Positions 27,601-35,685 of a stretch of 64,000 bases of DNA are shown piece after piece. Source of the stretch: a virus; IMG/VR virus record IMGVR_UViG_3300045135_001635. One strand, given 5' to 3'. The notes under the pieces are model-generated. The model saw nothing but the letters and a program-made list of their open reading frames with translations, made no database searches and had not been told where the DNA came from. Every line of letters starts with the position of its first letter. The stretch's first letter is position 1. The translations under genes were made by a program, and so were the position numbers.

Positions 27601-30118
27601 TTGCGATTTCGCCAGAGTTAAGATCAATATCAGAACGTAAAGCAGCATCGCCAGCGATACGTGAAGCTTCTTCCGAAGAAATAGCAGACGCATTGGCTTG
27701 TTCAGCAGCAGTAGCACGTGATACTTCGTCAGCTAAATCAGAAGTTAATACACCTTCAGCAGCAGTTGCGCGAACAACTTCAGCAGAGATAGCATCAGCA
27801 TTATCTGAAATATCAGAAGCATTTTGATCAACATCAGAACGTAGAGCAGCATCGCCAGCGATACGCGCAGTTTCTTCAGCGTCAATAGCAGATTGTAAAG
27901 CAGTATCAGCAACACCACGAGCAGAAGCTTCATCAGCGATTGCTTGAGCATTTGCTTGTTCAGCAGCTTTCGCACGAGTTACTTCGTTTGTGATAGCAGC
28001 TGCGTTAGTAGCAACACCAGAAGTGTTAGCGTTAACGTCTGTACGTAAACCAGCTTCAACACCAGTCGCACGAGTTACTTCGTTAGAAATAGCAGTTGCG
28101 TTAGCTTGTTCAGCTGTAGTAGCGCGTGTTACTTCCGCAGCAAGGTCACTTGCTAACTGAGTATCAGCAGATTCACGAGCAGATGCTTCAGAGTCGATGT
28201 TAGTTTGTAAAGTAGAATCACCAGAAACACGAGCAGTTTGTTCTGCTACGATATCTGCTTGAGCAGTATCCATTTCTGTTTCTAATGTATCAGCACGACC
28301 TTCAAGGTTAGTAGCGCGTAAAGCAAGAGCGTTATCCGCAGCTTCACGAGTAGCAGCTTCGCTTGATACTTGACCGTCTGTGTAAGTGTTAGCAGCTTGT
28401 TGAGCAGATAAGATACGAGCAGAAACAGTGTTTCCAGCAGTACCGTCTACAGAAGCATCACCGATTAGAGCAGCGTCTTGTGCGTCAGCGTGAGCAATTG
28501 CGTCAGCTTCAGCTTGATCAGCTTTCTGAGTTGCGTCAGCTTTAGCAGAGTTAAGAACTACTGTATCAGCAGCAACAAAGTCAACTTCGATTTGATCGAT
28601 TTGTGACTGTAAGCCAGCGTCAGCAGAAGAACGTGAAGCAGCTTCAGCGTTGATGTTAGTTTGTAATACTGAGTCAGCAGAAGAACGAGCAGAAGCTTCG
28701 TTGTTGATTGCTGTAGTATTTGAAGCAACAAGCGCAGAAATCTCACCATCTACTTTCTGGAATTCAGCAACAATTTCTGTTAATGAATCAAGAGCAGCAG
28801 AATCTGTGTTAGAGATAACGTTGTCTAATTTAGCTTCGATGCGAGCTTCTTCGCCAGTAGCACGTAGAACTTCAGCAGCTAAATCATCAGCGATTGATTG
28901 TTCAGCGCCAGTAGCACGAACGATTTCAGCAGCAAGACCGTCAGTTAATACTTGGTCAGCAGCTTCCATAGCAGCTTCTAAATCAGATACTGATTGAGTC
29001 GCAGCAGAGATTGCTTGAGCTTTAGCAGTTGCGATACGGTCAGTAACTGTATTACCAGTAGAACCGTCAACAGATGCGTCGCCTACTAATAATGCGTCGT
29101 GTGCTTTAGCAGAAACTAAAGTCGCAGCATCACCAGAGTTGATAGCTGAAGTTAAGTCTGTACGGATAGCTGTATCAGCAACACCACGAGCAACGATTTC
29201 ATCTTCGATAGATGAAGCATTCGCAGCTTCTGCAGCAGTCGCACGAGCAACTTCGTCAGATAAATCAGATTGTAACTCAGAAATTTCTAAGTTAGTAGTT
29301 GAAATTTCAGCAGCAAGACCAGACTCAAGAGCGTCAATGTCGCCTTCAGCTGCAGTCAAACGTACGTCTAAAGCGTTGTCGCCAGAAACACGAGCAGAAG
29401 CTTCATCAGCAACAGCTTGAGTTAATGTAGCGTCAGCAGCTTGACGTGCTGTAGTTTCGTTAGCAATTGCCGTAGCGTTAGCTGTTTCAGCAGATGTCGC
29501 ACGAGTAACTTCGTTTGCGATAGCGCCAGAGTTAGCAATTACTGAAGCAGATAATACGTCATCAGCGTCTTGGAACGCTTCAACAATTTCTGCTAATGAG
29601 TTAAGAGCAACTTCATCTGTGTTAGATAAGATGTTGTCAATACGTAGTGAAAGAGCAGCGTCAGCAGCTTGATAGCCACTTTCGATTTGGTCTTCACGAG
29701 TTGTTGCGCGAGTTTGTTCTGCTACTACTGCGTCAGCATTTGCTTGTTCAGCAGCTTTAGCGCGAGTAACTTCGTTGTCAACTGCGGTTTGAAGCAATGC
29801 TTCAGCAGCAGACGCACGGTTACTTTCGACAGCAACAGCAGAAGAAATATCTTCAGCAACTGCGTCTTTTGCGCGAGCATCAGTAAAGAATAACGCATCG
29901 CCTTCTGCTAGATCATCAGTACTAAATGAACCAAAGAAGTCAGCGGTGTTAATTTTCTTTAAAGAGTCAGAACCAACATCATAGAGTAGAGTAAAACAAT
30001 CAGCTGGGTTAGCCATACCTGTTAGGGTAGACTGTCCCTGTACTGCACTTTCATCAAGTTTTGTGTTGATGACAGCCTTGTCGGCTAATGCAGGTGATTT
30101 AATTTGTCTAAATGACAT
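24656..30118 (-). CDS. Giant coiled-coil fibre protein (1820 aa), paralogue of 18719-24559
   Basis: E..RA..AE heptads, four L[DN][ST]LxEIV knots, STDDLxEG..YFT motifs, C-terminal beta domain (YRSAKYVV...TEYG). Confidence 0.75.
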   Translation of the reverse strand: MSFRQIKSPALADKAVINTKLDESAVQGQSTLTGMANPADCFTLLYDVGSDSLKKINTADFFGSFSTDDLAEGDALFFTDARAKDAVAEDISSAVAVESNRASAAEALLQTAVDNEVTRAKAAEQANADAVVAEQTRATTREDQIESGYQAADAALSLRIDNILSNTDEVALNSLAEIVEAFQDADDVLSASVIANSGAIANEVTRATSAETANATAIANETTARQAADATLTQAVADEASARVSGDNALDVRLTAAEGDIDALESGLAAEISTTNLEISELQSDLSDEVARATAAEAANASSIEDEIVARGVADTAIRTDLTSAINSGDAATLVSAKAHDALLVGDASVDGSTGNTVTDRIATAKAQAISAATQSVSDLEAAMEAADQVLTDGLAAEIVRATGAEQSIADDLAAEVLRATGEEARIEAKLDNVISNTDSAALDSLTEIVAEFQKVDGEISALVASNTTAINNEASARSSADSVLQTNINAEAASRSSADAGLQSQIDQIEVDFVAADTVVLNSAKADATQKADQAEADAIAHADAQDAALIGDASVDGTAGNTVSARILSAQQAANTYTDGQVSSEAATREAADNALALRATNLEGRADTLETEMDTAQADIVAEQTARVSGDSTLQTNIDSEASARESADTQLASDLAAEVTRATTAEQANATAISNEVTRATGVEAGLRTDVNANTSGVATNAAAITNEVTRAKAAEQANAQAIADEASARGVADTALQSAIDAEETARIAGDAALRSDVDQNASDISDNADAISAEVVRATAAEGVLTSDLADEVSRATAAEQANASAISSEEASRIAGDAALRSDIDLNSGEIANLDSDLSSEIARATAAEGVLTSDLAAEVTRATGVEAGLRTDVDTVTDRVDAIIGTSPETLDTLQEIVSAFEDADSDIQAVISANSGRLSVNEGDIDAVELRATDLETRAGSLEGRATALETEQSAQGGRLTVNEGDIDSLETKVGSASLETSATDLSAAVNEVHAELNVEAGKVSTLESEMDAVEGRASTLESEMDAVEGRATSLEGRMTTEEGNVDALETKVGSATLETVATDLSGAVNEIHAELDVEAGKVSVLEGEMDAVEGRATSLESRATATEAKDAEQDGRLTTNESDIDALETKVGTGAFDTTSQNIVGAVNEVHGEVDAIEARVTTNESDISDNAIAISTEQSRAEGQEALIRGEFAAADTALENAYIAADAVVKADAASDASTKADTAEANAKVYADTIVADEAVARENADNVLQSAITAEESARVSGDAALSNRATALETEMTATQSGAGLATDGSYVAPSGSNHLDLSTSLKDADAKLDAAIGAEKSRAEGVESGLQSQIDAEEAARIAGDSSLQSSLDAEVARAVAAEGVLSTGVADNAQAIVDEAAARVAADEALQGQIDFIKSNVDSAALDSLTEIVDAFQSADGTLTGLVSQNQTDIAQNAVDISDETAARVAAVSAEATARENADTALQTAVDGKVSKSGDTMSGELAMGGNKVSGVANGTVAGDAVNKGQLDAGLAAQHISQFSTTDLVEGVNQYFTDARAQDAISVVDVAGEGNVSKSGGVISIDTSKSVLELTDVVDNSIVDKEGFVLRAKTDGTGFELVSPDLLSFSRSKRQVFQGDGAQTVFAIDFDVTEQNAMVFVGGVIQDPSVHYFIDTENRTITFNGAIPVGTQAVLVATSSTSVGVLDPGSVTLETLAPNVKVFQQGTDVIVGTSSTTVSSFPMDVYRSAKYVVTVELDGEFETRECLVIHNGTNAYITEYGIIYTGDDLLGDTDVRVVNGVVELTYAAVSAGAVVTASVTYTDV

Positions 30119-30171
30119 TCGGATATCTCCTAGTTAGTTTTAAGTTTTTTACGATCGTTATAATATAAACA

Positions 30172-30537
30172 CTAACGAAATTTAATATAAATGTCCCAAC
30201 CTTGCGGTGGGATTTCAAAAAACTGAATAGAATTGCCAATAGTCTCATATGTTTCTTCAGGATGTTGTAAAACATCATTCACAAAAACATCAATAAGGTC
30301 TGCCCGAGCAGGCGTTCCATTCAACGTAAACAACGCAGTATCTCCTGGAGCAATTATGTGTTGTGCTTCAGGAATAGCTGTGTTATCATTAGTTGATGAG
30401 GAAGTACCTTCAATCAAGTCGAACAAGTTAGTCTCGTCGCCTGTATCGTTGGTAACTTGGTCAGCTTTAGATTTCGCTAAGTTGAACAAGCTTTCCGCCA
30501 ATACTCGGTTGAAAGACTTATTATTGATTACATTCAT
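30172..30537 (-). CDS. Small virion structural protein (GD...FTL...VFVNDVLQ.P...Y module)
   Basis: Same small beta module as near the C-terminus of the 1820-aa fibre and in 30644-31633; late promoter upstream. Confidence 0.55.
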   Translation of the reverse strand: MNVINNKSFNRVLAESLFNLAKSKADQVTNDTGDETNLFDLIEGTSSSTNDNTAIPEAQHIIAPGDTALFTLNGTPARADLIDVFVNDVLQHPEETYETIGNSIQFFEIPPQGWDIYIKFR

Positions 30538-30569
30538 AGGGCAACACTATCTTTGTTATACAGTGACAC

Positions 30570-30577
30570 TATTTATA
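30570..30577 (-). promoter_or_regulatory. T4 late promoter TATAAATA
   Basis: Exact match upstream of 30537. Confidence 0.8.
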
Positions 30578-30643
30578 CGTTGAGAAGTTTACTAATTACG
30601 TAAATAGTAAGATAGAAATTTAAAGTAACTGTATTAGTCAATA

Positions 30644-31633
30644 TTATTTTATTAAAGTTCCGACTATTTTAAATGTAGTCGAGTTTACTGATACAGGCGT
30701 ACCTAATAATTGAACATAATCACCATTTATACTAACGTCAAATTCAGCTAATTCGTTAGTTGTAGTCACTGTACCATATTCAGTTGATATTGGAGTTACA
30801 TTATCATGAGTAATTAATAGTTTAGTAAGATGTCTTTTACCACCTTCTTCAACTTTGACTATTAATTCAGCTGCGTCATATAAAGTATGTCTGAATGTAT
30901 ATAGTACCGTTTCTTCTGTTGAAGTTGTATTTGATGTTTCAGATACAAGTGAAGATTCTGATAAGTTAATTTTTTCATTAGTATTAATATCACCAACAAT
31001 TTGAATACCATCTTCGCCCATAACCAAACGGTCAGAATCACGCCACATCATCTTGAACGTATTGTCACCATACGCCATATGTTTTAAAATCGTGTTAGAA
31101 CCGTTGTGGTATAACTTCGTCTCTTCGTCTGTACCGACAGTGAACGAGAATCCATCGTCTAAGATAAGGTCTGCGTCGATTGAAGCGCCTTCAGAATTAT
31201 ATGCTGCGATCTGTACGACTTGATTTTCGTCAATAGGGTAAACGAAAGAAATTGTTGAGCCGTCAGTTGCCGTGTAATCTATTCCTTGGTGAAGTAATAC
31301 ACCATTCAGATATACTTGGATTCTACGAGGGGAAGCAAGGTCGTATGAGAGGAAGTTGCCATAGTCGTCAGCGCCTGTAACGTTTTGTAACGTTCCATCA
31401 GACGTGTAGATATACGTATTGAAAGTACTGACAAGACCAGATTTAGCGTCACCGCCAACCTCAATAACTTGTTCAATACCGTCATATATTCTTTTTAGAT
31501 ACAGTTTACCATCGGCGGTGTTTACTGCTAACTCACCGAGATTTAACTGCTCTATTGTAGGGACATTCCCTGGGACTGCGGATCTGCGCAGTCTTATATC
31601 TACATTACGAGCCAATTTTGGCGTCCTCTTCAT
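30644..31633 (-). CDS. Virion structural/fibre-associated protein
   Basis: IRLRRS..PG.VP....L.LGELAVNTADGKLY N-terminus; VYLNGVLL module; C-terminal domain resembling that of the 1820-aa fibre. Confidence 0.6.
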   Translation of the reverse strand: MKRTPKLARNVDIRLRRSAVPGNVPTIEQLNLGELAVNTADGKLYLKRIYDGIEQVIEVGGDAKSGLVSTFNTYIYTSDGTLQNVTGADDYGNFLSYDLASPRRIQVYLNGVLLHQGIDYTATDGSTISFVYPIDENQVVQIAAYNSEGASIDADLILDDGFSFTVGTDEETKLYHNGSNTILKHMAYGDNTFKMMWRDSDRLVMGEDGIQIVGDINTNEKINLSESSLVSETSNTTSTEETVLYTFRHTLYDAAELIVKVEEGGKRHLTKLLITHDNVTPISTEYGTVTTTNELAEFDVSINGDYVQLLGTPVSVNSTTFKIVGTLIK

Positions 31634-31705
31634 TCAACCCTTAGCAAAGGGAATAACTATAATAACAACGCGTCAATCGTATATACGATTATGTGACGCG
31701 TCTAA

Positions 31706-32992
31706 TTAATATGTACCGCCATCAATAGTATGAACGAATACTTCTCCTGCTGTAACAGAAAATTGATCAGAATCAAAAGAAGCAACACCAGCATTGGTGG
31801 TTGAAGCTAACTCAGCTGAAATTATAATTTCGTCACTTGCGTCGTTATAGGCTAAATCTATTCCTTCGCCAGCAGTTAAGAGGTTTGCTACCTCTGAGTC
31901 AATTAATTGTTCAAGCGTTGTGCCGTTAACTGTAAACGGAGCAAGAACATTAAGACCCTTGTTAATATCTATAACATCATTAGAAGCGTTATATACGAGA
32001 CTTGCGTCAGCGCCTGCGATGAATATTCCAGCGCCGTCTGCTTCCGCAGGAGTAGCAGCATCATCAGCTAATGTTAAAGTGAGGTCATTAACCGACATTA
32101 CCGTCGAGTTAATTATTGTTTGTGTACCTTGAACTACTAAGTCACCACGTACAATTAAAGTACCGCCGTCCGAATCTGTCGGAGCAGGGTCTAAGTACAT
32201 CGTGTTAGAAGAATCAGTAGAAGATAAAGTGTTACCTTCTAATTTTAAGTTTCCGACTTCTAATGTATTGAGTTCAGTAACATCTGTTTTTAAAACAGTG
32301 CTTATTGTATTTGTTAGCGAGTCGTAGTTTACGTCTACGTTAGAAGAACCTTCAAAATGTAAATCAGAATCCAATAATGATATTGAATCACCGTTTACAG
32401 TAAGGTTAGTCGCTATATCAACCGAGCCAGCAGAAGACAAGCGTCCGTCTGAGTCTACAGTAAAGGTAGGGATTTCAGTTTGAGAACCGTACGAGCCAGC
32501 AACGACGCCTGTAGGGGCAATGGCGTCCGCAACATAATTTGCTAACGTATCGTCAACATAGAATTTAGTAGTTGCGTCAGCAGAATCAATCGGCGTCGCA
32601 AGGTTAGTAATACGAGTACCACTAACATCAATATTCTGACCAGCAGCTGGGGTGAATACAAGATCGCCAGCAGTTGTTGTAACCGAGTTTCCGTCAAATA
32701 CTAAGTCATCAACTTTAAATTCGTTGATTTTACCGTCAGCATCAACGATTATAGCAGTGTTCGGGGTTAGTTGTCCGAAGGGTGCGTCACCTTCACCACC
32801 AAGAAGGTCAACAAAATGTTTACCGCCAATGACCGTATGATTGACAGCATCGCCGTTAATTTCTTCACCAGTACCGATGTAGAGTCTATCACCACCGACA
32901 CCGTTAAAATATGAATATGCTAATTCACCTTGTCCGAGTATCGAGGGATTTCCCTGTACTCCGGAGCGTTTTATTCTAATTATTGATGCCAT
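31706..32992 (-). CDS. Virion structural/fibre-associated protein
   Basis: IRIKRS....P..L.QGELAY...RLYIG N-terminus; VRGDLVVQGTQT fibre motif; ends IDGGTY. Confidence 0.6.
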   Translation of the reverse strand: MASIIRIKRSGVQGNPSILGQGELAYSYFNGVGGDRLYIGTGEEINGDAVNHTVIGGKHFVDLLGGEGDAPFGQLTPNTAIIVDADGKINEFKVDDLVFDGNSVTTTAGDLVFTPAAGQNIDVSGTRITNLATPIDSADATTKFYVDDTLANYVADAIAPTGVVAGSYGSQTEIPTFTVDSDGRLSSAGSVDIATNLTVNGDSISLLDSDLHFEGSSNVDVNYDSLTNTISTVLKTDVTELNTLEVGNLKLEGNTLSSTDSSNTMYLDPAPTDSDGGTLIVRGDLVVQGTQTIINSTVMSVNDLTLTLADDAATPAEADGAGIFIAGADASLVYNASNDVIDINKGLNVLAPFTVNGTTLEQLIDSEVANLLTAGEGIDLAYNDASDEIIISAELASTTNAGVASFDSDQFSVTAGEVFVHTIDGGTY

Positions 32993-33261
32993 TAATATTG
33001 ACCCCCATTTATAATCTGCTTATCAAGTAGTTTTTGTGCTACCCATTTTTGTGCTTCGTCTTGCCAAACTAATACGTCACCGTCTTCAGCAGCATAAGCG
33101 TCGACATCATTTAGATTAACTAAATTTCCGTTGTCAGCATAAACTCTACGAATAGGCTTTCCAAGGGTAACACGTTTTACTTTAGTGTTATTACCTGTAG
33201 AAACTCCGTCAACGATATGAGTTGTTGTACTGTTTGATTTAGATACGCGTCTAATCGGCAT
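32992..33261 (-). CDS. Hypothetical structural protein
   Basis: LNDVD...DGDVLVW...KW motif; ends INGGQY; translationally coupled to the next gene. Confidence 0.5.
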   Translation of the reverse strand: MPIRRVSKSNSTTTHIVDGVSTGNNTKVKRVTLGKPIRRVYADNGNLVNLNDVDAYAAEDGDVLVWQDEAQKWVAQKLLDKQIINGGQY

Positions 33262-33269
33262 TTAATTCT

Positions 33270-33620
33270 CTACCTTGTTACTGAAGGCGTGACTTTAATC
33301 TTACCTTCTAAAATACGTTCTACAATAGGATTTCCATCACTATCGTTATATGTTAATTCAACATCATAAACGTATCTACCGCGAGTAGATAGAGCATCAG
33401 TTTGTTCATTTGTAAGAGAAAGGACTACGATACCGTCGGTCGCAGGTTGCGAGACAATAGCGTCAAATTGGATAGCTTCGTCTGAGCCAAATGATTTTTT
33501 CATTTTAGCTTCGACTGTATGTGCTGTGAGATTCTTGGTTGAACCGTCTATTTCGGTCAACTCTAATTGAAGGGCGACATCTGCGCCTTGATCGATTGTA
33601 AAATCTTCGTAAGTAGCCAT
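33270..33620 (-). CDS. Conserved T4-like structural protein (BppU-N-like Ig fold suspected)
   Basis: IDQGAD...G.V.LSLT..QT..L..GRYVYDVE...RILEG.I.VTP.VTR. Confidence 0.6.
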   Translation of the reverse strand: MATYEDFTIDQGADVALQLELTEIDGSTKNLTAHTVEAKMKKSFGSDEAIQFDAIVSQPATDGIVVLSLTNEQTDALSTRGRYVYDVELTYNDSDGNPIVERILEGKIKVTPSVTR

Positions 33621-33685
33621 CTTCCTAGTTTCTTCCGTTACAATATAGTTGTTTATATTTATAACAGTTTGAAACTTAGGAAGAT
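33619..33685 (-). promoter_or_regulatory. Late promoter (33656-33663) inside an RBS-sequestering inverted repeat
   Basis: ATCTTCCTAAGTTTC ... TATAAATA ... GAAACTAGGAAGATG. Confidence 0.75.
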
Positions 33686-33700
33686 AACTATTTTATACGA

Positions 33701-34408
33701 TTAGAAAGATGAGATATCTTCTAAAACCATTTCACGGAATTCTTCAGAGGTATCGCTCATATCAAATACATATGATACGGTACAACGCCAAGAATCTTCT
33801 GTTTCCGCTGCGTGATATAAAACTTTGTCTTGTTCAGTCCAAGAACCGAAATAAGCAGCTTTACAAGTCCACTTACCTTTAGGGTCTTCACACTTTACAA
33901 TCTCTTTTGTTTCAGGGTGAACATAAGAGAAGTGACCATCGCCACCTTCAGAATAACTGAAGATTAAGTTATATCCTGGAGCATTATGGTTGCTATGCCA
34001 CGAAATGAAGCCACCTGGAGGGTACACGGCACATAACGCATTATGCTTAACAGAAAGGAAATTCATCATTCTGGCGTTAAGGTCACTTAACTTATGTGTC
34101 AAATCACGCTTAAAGATTGGGTCTGCGTCTCTCTCAAAGAAAGTATGCGACTTATCAGCAAGCTTGAAGTTATAGCCAACAATCATATCAGGAAAGCCTT
34201 CGTGTCCAGCACCTTGGTCTTTAACATCCTGTAGATATTCCATACCCATCCAATGCGGGCGTTGGCGTTTATGTTCTTTTGCCGTTAAATGGCAATTCTT
34301 TTCGAAACCTTCAAGAGTATGTAATTTAGAATACTCATTTAAGATTTCAAGCAACTCAGGGTTATTAACCTCTACGTGCTTTAAGTATTGGTCGTTAATC
34401 TGTGTCAT
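33701..34408 (-). CDS. Putative 2OG-Fe(II) oxygenase-fold protein (HxN...H...RxT)
   Basis: VYPPGGFISWHSNHNAPGYNLIF...LYHAA...WRCT; paralogue of 4478-5110. Confidence 0.55.
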   Translation of the reverse strand: MTQINDQYLKHVEVNNPELLEILNEYSKLHTLEGFEKNCHLTAKEHKRQRPHWMGMEYLQDVKDQGAGHEGFPDMIVGYNFKLADKSHTFFERDADPIFKRDLTHKLSDLNARMMNFLSVKHNALCAVYPPGGFISWHSNHNAPGYNLIFSYSEGGDGHFSYVHPETKEIVKCEDPKGKWTCKAAYFGSWTEQDKVLYHAAETEDSWRCTVSYVFDMSDTSEEFREMVLEDISSF

Positions 34409-35139
34409 ACGATTGGTTTATCCTTGTCTAGACCAGCCGAGAAGTGACGTAAGATAACTTCATCTTCAGGCTGAGTTCTTGCCCAGTTAAAAGCATTGTA
34501 ATAATTCCATCTTAAATCATCATCAAAGATTCCGATTTTAAGATCCTTATATTTTTCTTCTTTCTCAGTAAGCCACCATAGTGAAAATTGATCCCAACAT
34601 TTAAGGGAATCCGCATATCCTTCTGGCCACCAAGTATCATTCATTTGCTTATACGTTAGTTCCCACCAGTCTTGCATAAATTCGCGCACGATTGGTTTAG
34701 ACATATCATACAAACACACACCACCACAAAGAGTAAATTGAGCTTTACCTTCTGGCGTATCAAAATCACGTTCAGCATAAATGTAGGAGCGATCGTCAGT
34801 GAGTTCAGAGTAGACCATATCATAGTCTTTCATCTCATCCCAAACTTTAACGATATCTTCATGCTCACATTCCATATCAGCATCAATGTACATTGTTATA
34901 TCATATGGCGATTGAGCCATACCCCATAACTTAGCGCGATAATGGTCTTCACAAAAGATAACCGTATCGGCTACGTCATGACCACGTTCATCAATAAATC
35001 TTTCTTCGGTTACTAAACAAATGTTACAATCTTCGTAATAATCGCGAAGCGATTCCGCTAAGTTAAGCGCATACAAATAAAAGTTACGTTTGTGTGAACC
35101 AACGATTACAAAACCTTTGGTCTTTTCCATATTACTCAT
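34405..35139 (-). CDS. GT-A fold glycosyltransferase (DxD)
   Basis: A.SLR, RAKL....SPYDITMYIDAD, GGV, WDQFSL, RWNY, ILRHF (GT8-like pattern). Confidence 0.75.
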   Translation of the reverse strand: MSNMEKTKGFVIVGSHKRNFYLYALNLAESLRDYYEDCNICLVTEERFIDERGHDVADTVIFCEDHYRAKLWGMAQSPYDITMYIDADMECEHEDIVKVWDEMKDYDMVYSELTDDRSYIYAERDFDTPEGKAQFTLCGGVCLYDMSKPIVREFMQDWWELTYKQMNDTWWPEGYADSLKCWDQFSLWWLTEKEEKYKDLKIGIFDDDLRWNYYNAFNWARTQPEDEVILRHFSAGLDKDKPIV

Positions 35140-35578
35140 CTCCAATCTGTTCTTGTAGAATCATAATTGAATATAAGTCAACTTCAATACGGCTTTTCGC
35201 ACGTCTCAGTTTAGACTTGAGTTTACGGTTTTTAGAATTCTTAATCTCTTCAACTTCAAAAGCTTCTAACTTATAGTTGAAAAGTTTCTCTAATTTACGA
35301 GCCTTTTCATGCTCGACTTCACGTTGCTTATGCTCTTCAGCTTCAGCTTTTTTACGTTCTTCACGATCAGTTGTTTCTTTATCTATTTGGGCTTCGCCAA
35401 CAGAGTCAACAACTTCGTTAAATAATTCGTTTTCGTTACCTTCTTTGTCGTGACGATTTAATTTCATCACTTGACGAGTAACACGACCAACGTCGTCTTC
35501 CATCTCTAAAATACAATTCAATTGGCTTCGGTCTTCATTTTCCCAAAACGCGTTATCTAACCATTTTCTATAGCTCAT
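35132..35578 (-). CDS. Hypothetical protein (charged coiled coil; possible fibre chaperone)
   Basis: 148-aa ORF with a GGAG SD; first gene after the giant repeat protein. Confidence 0.55.
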   Translation of the reverse strand: MSYRKWLDNAFWENEDRSQLNCILEMEDDVGRVTRQVMKLNRHDKEGNENELFNEVVDSVGEAQIDKETTDREERKKAEAEEHKQREVEHEKARKLEKLFNYKLEAFEVEEIKNSKNRKLKSKLRRAKSRIEVDLYSIMILQEQIGDE

Positions 35579-35621
35579 TTTTTATTTCTCCAGGTTTATC
35601 AAATCAAGCAAAAGTATATAG

Positions 35622-35685
35622 TAATAAAATAAAAGGGGATATTCCTTTATCCCCTTATTATACAACATTCCTTAATCTATATCAA
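35622..35685 (-). promoter_or_regulatory. sigma70-type promoter (35657-35685) abutting a terminator hairpin (35633-35656)
   Basis: TTGATA-17 nt-TATAAT, then AAGGGGATA-AAGGAA-TATCCCCTT-TTATTTT. Confidence 0.7.

Noticed and set aside
19857-29893. Many Ser/Ala-rich plus-strand ORFs opposite the coiled-coil fibre genes
   Set aside because: Antisense shadows caused by GCT/GAA/TCT codon bias.
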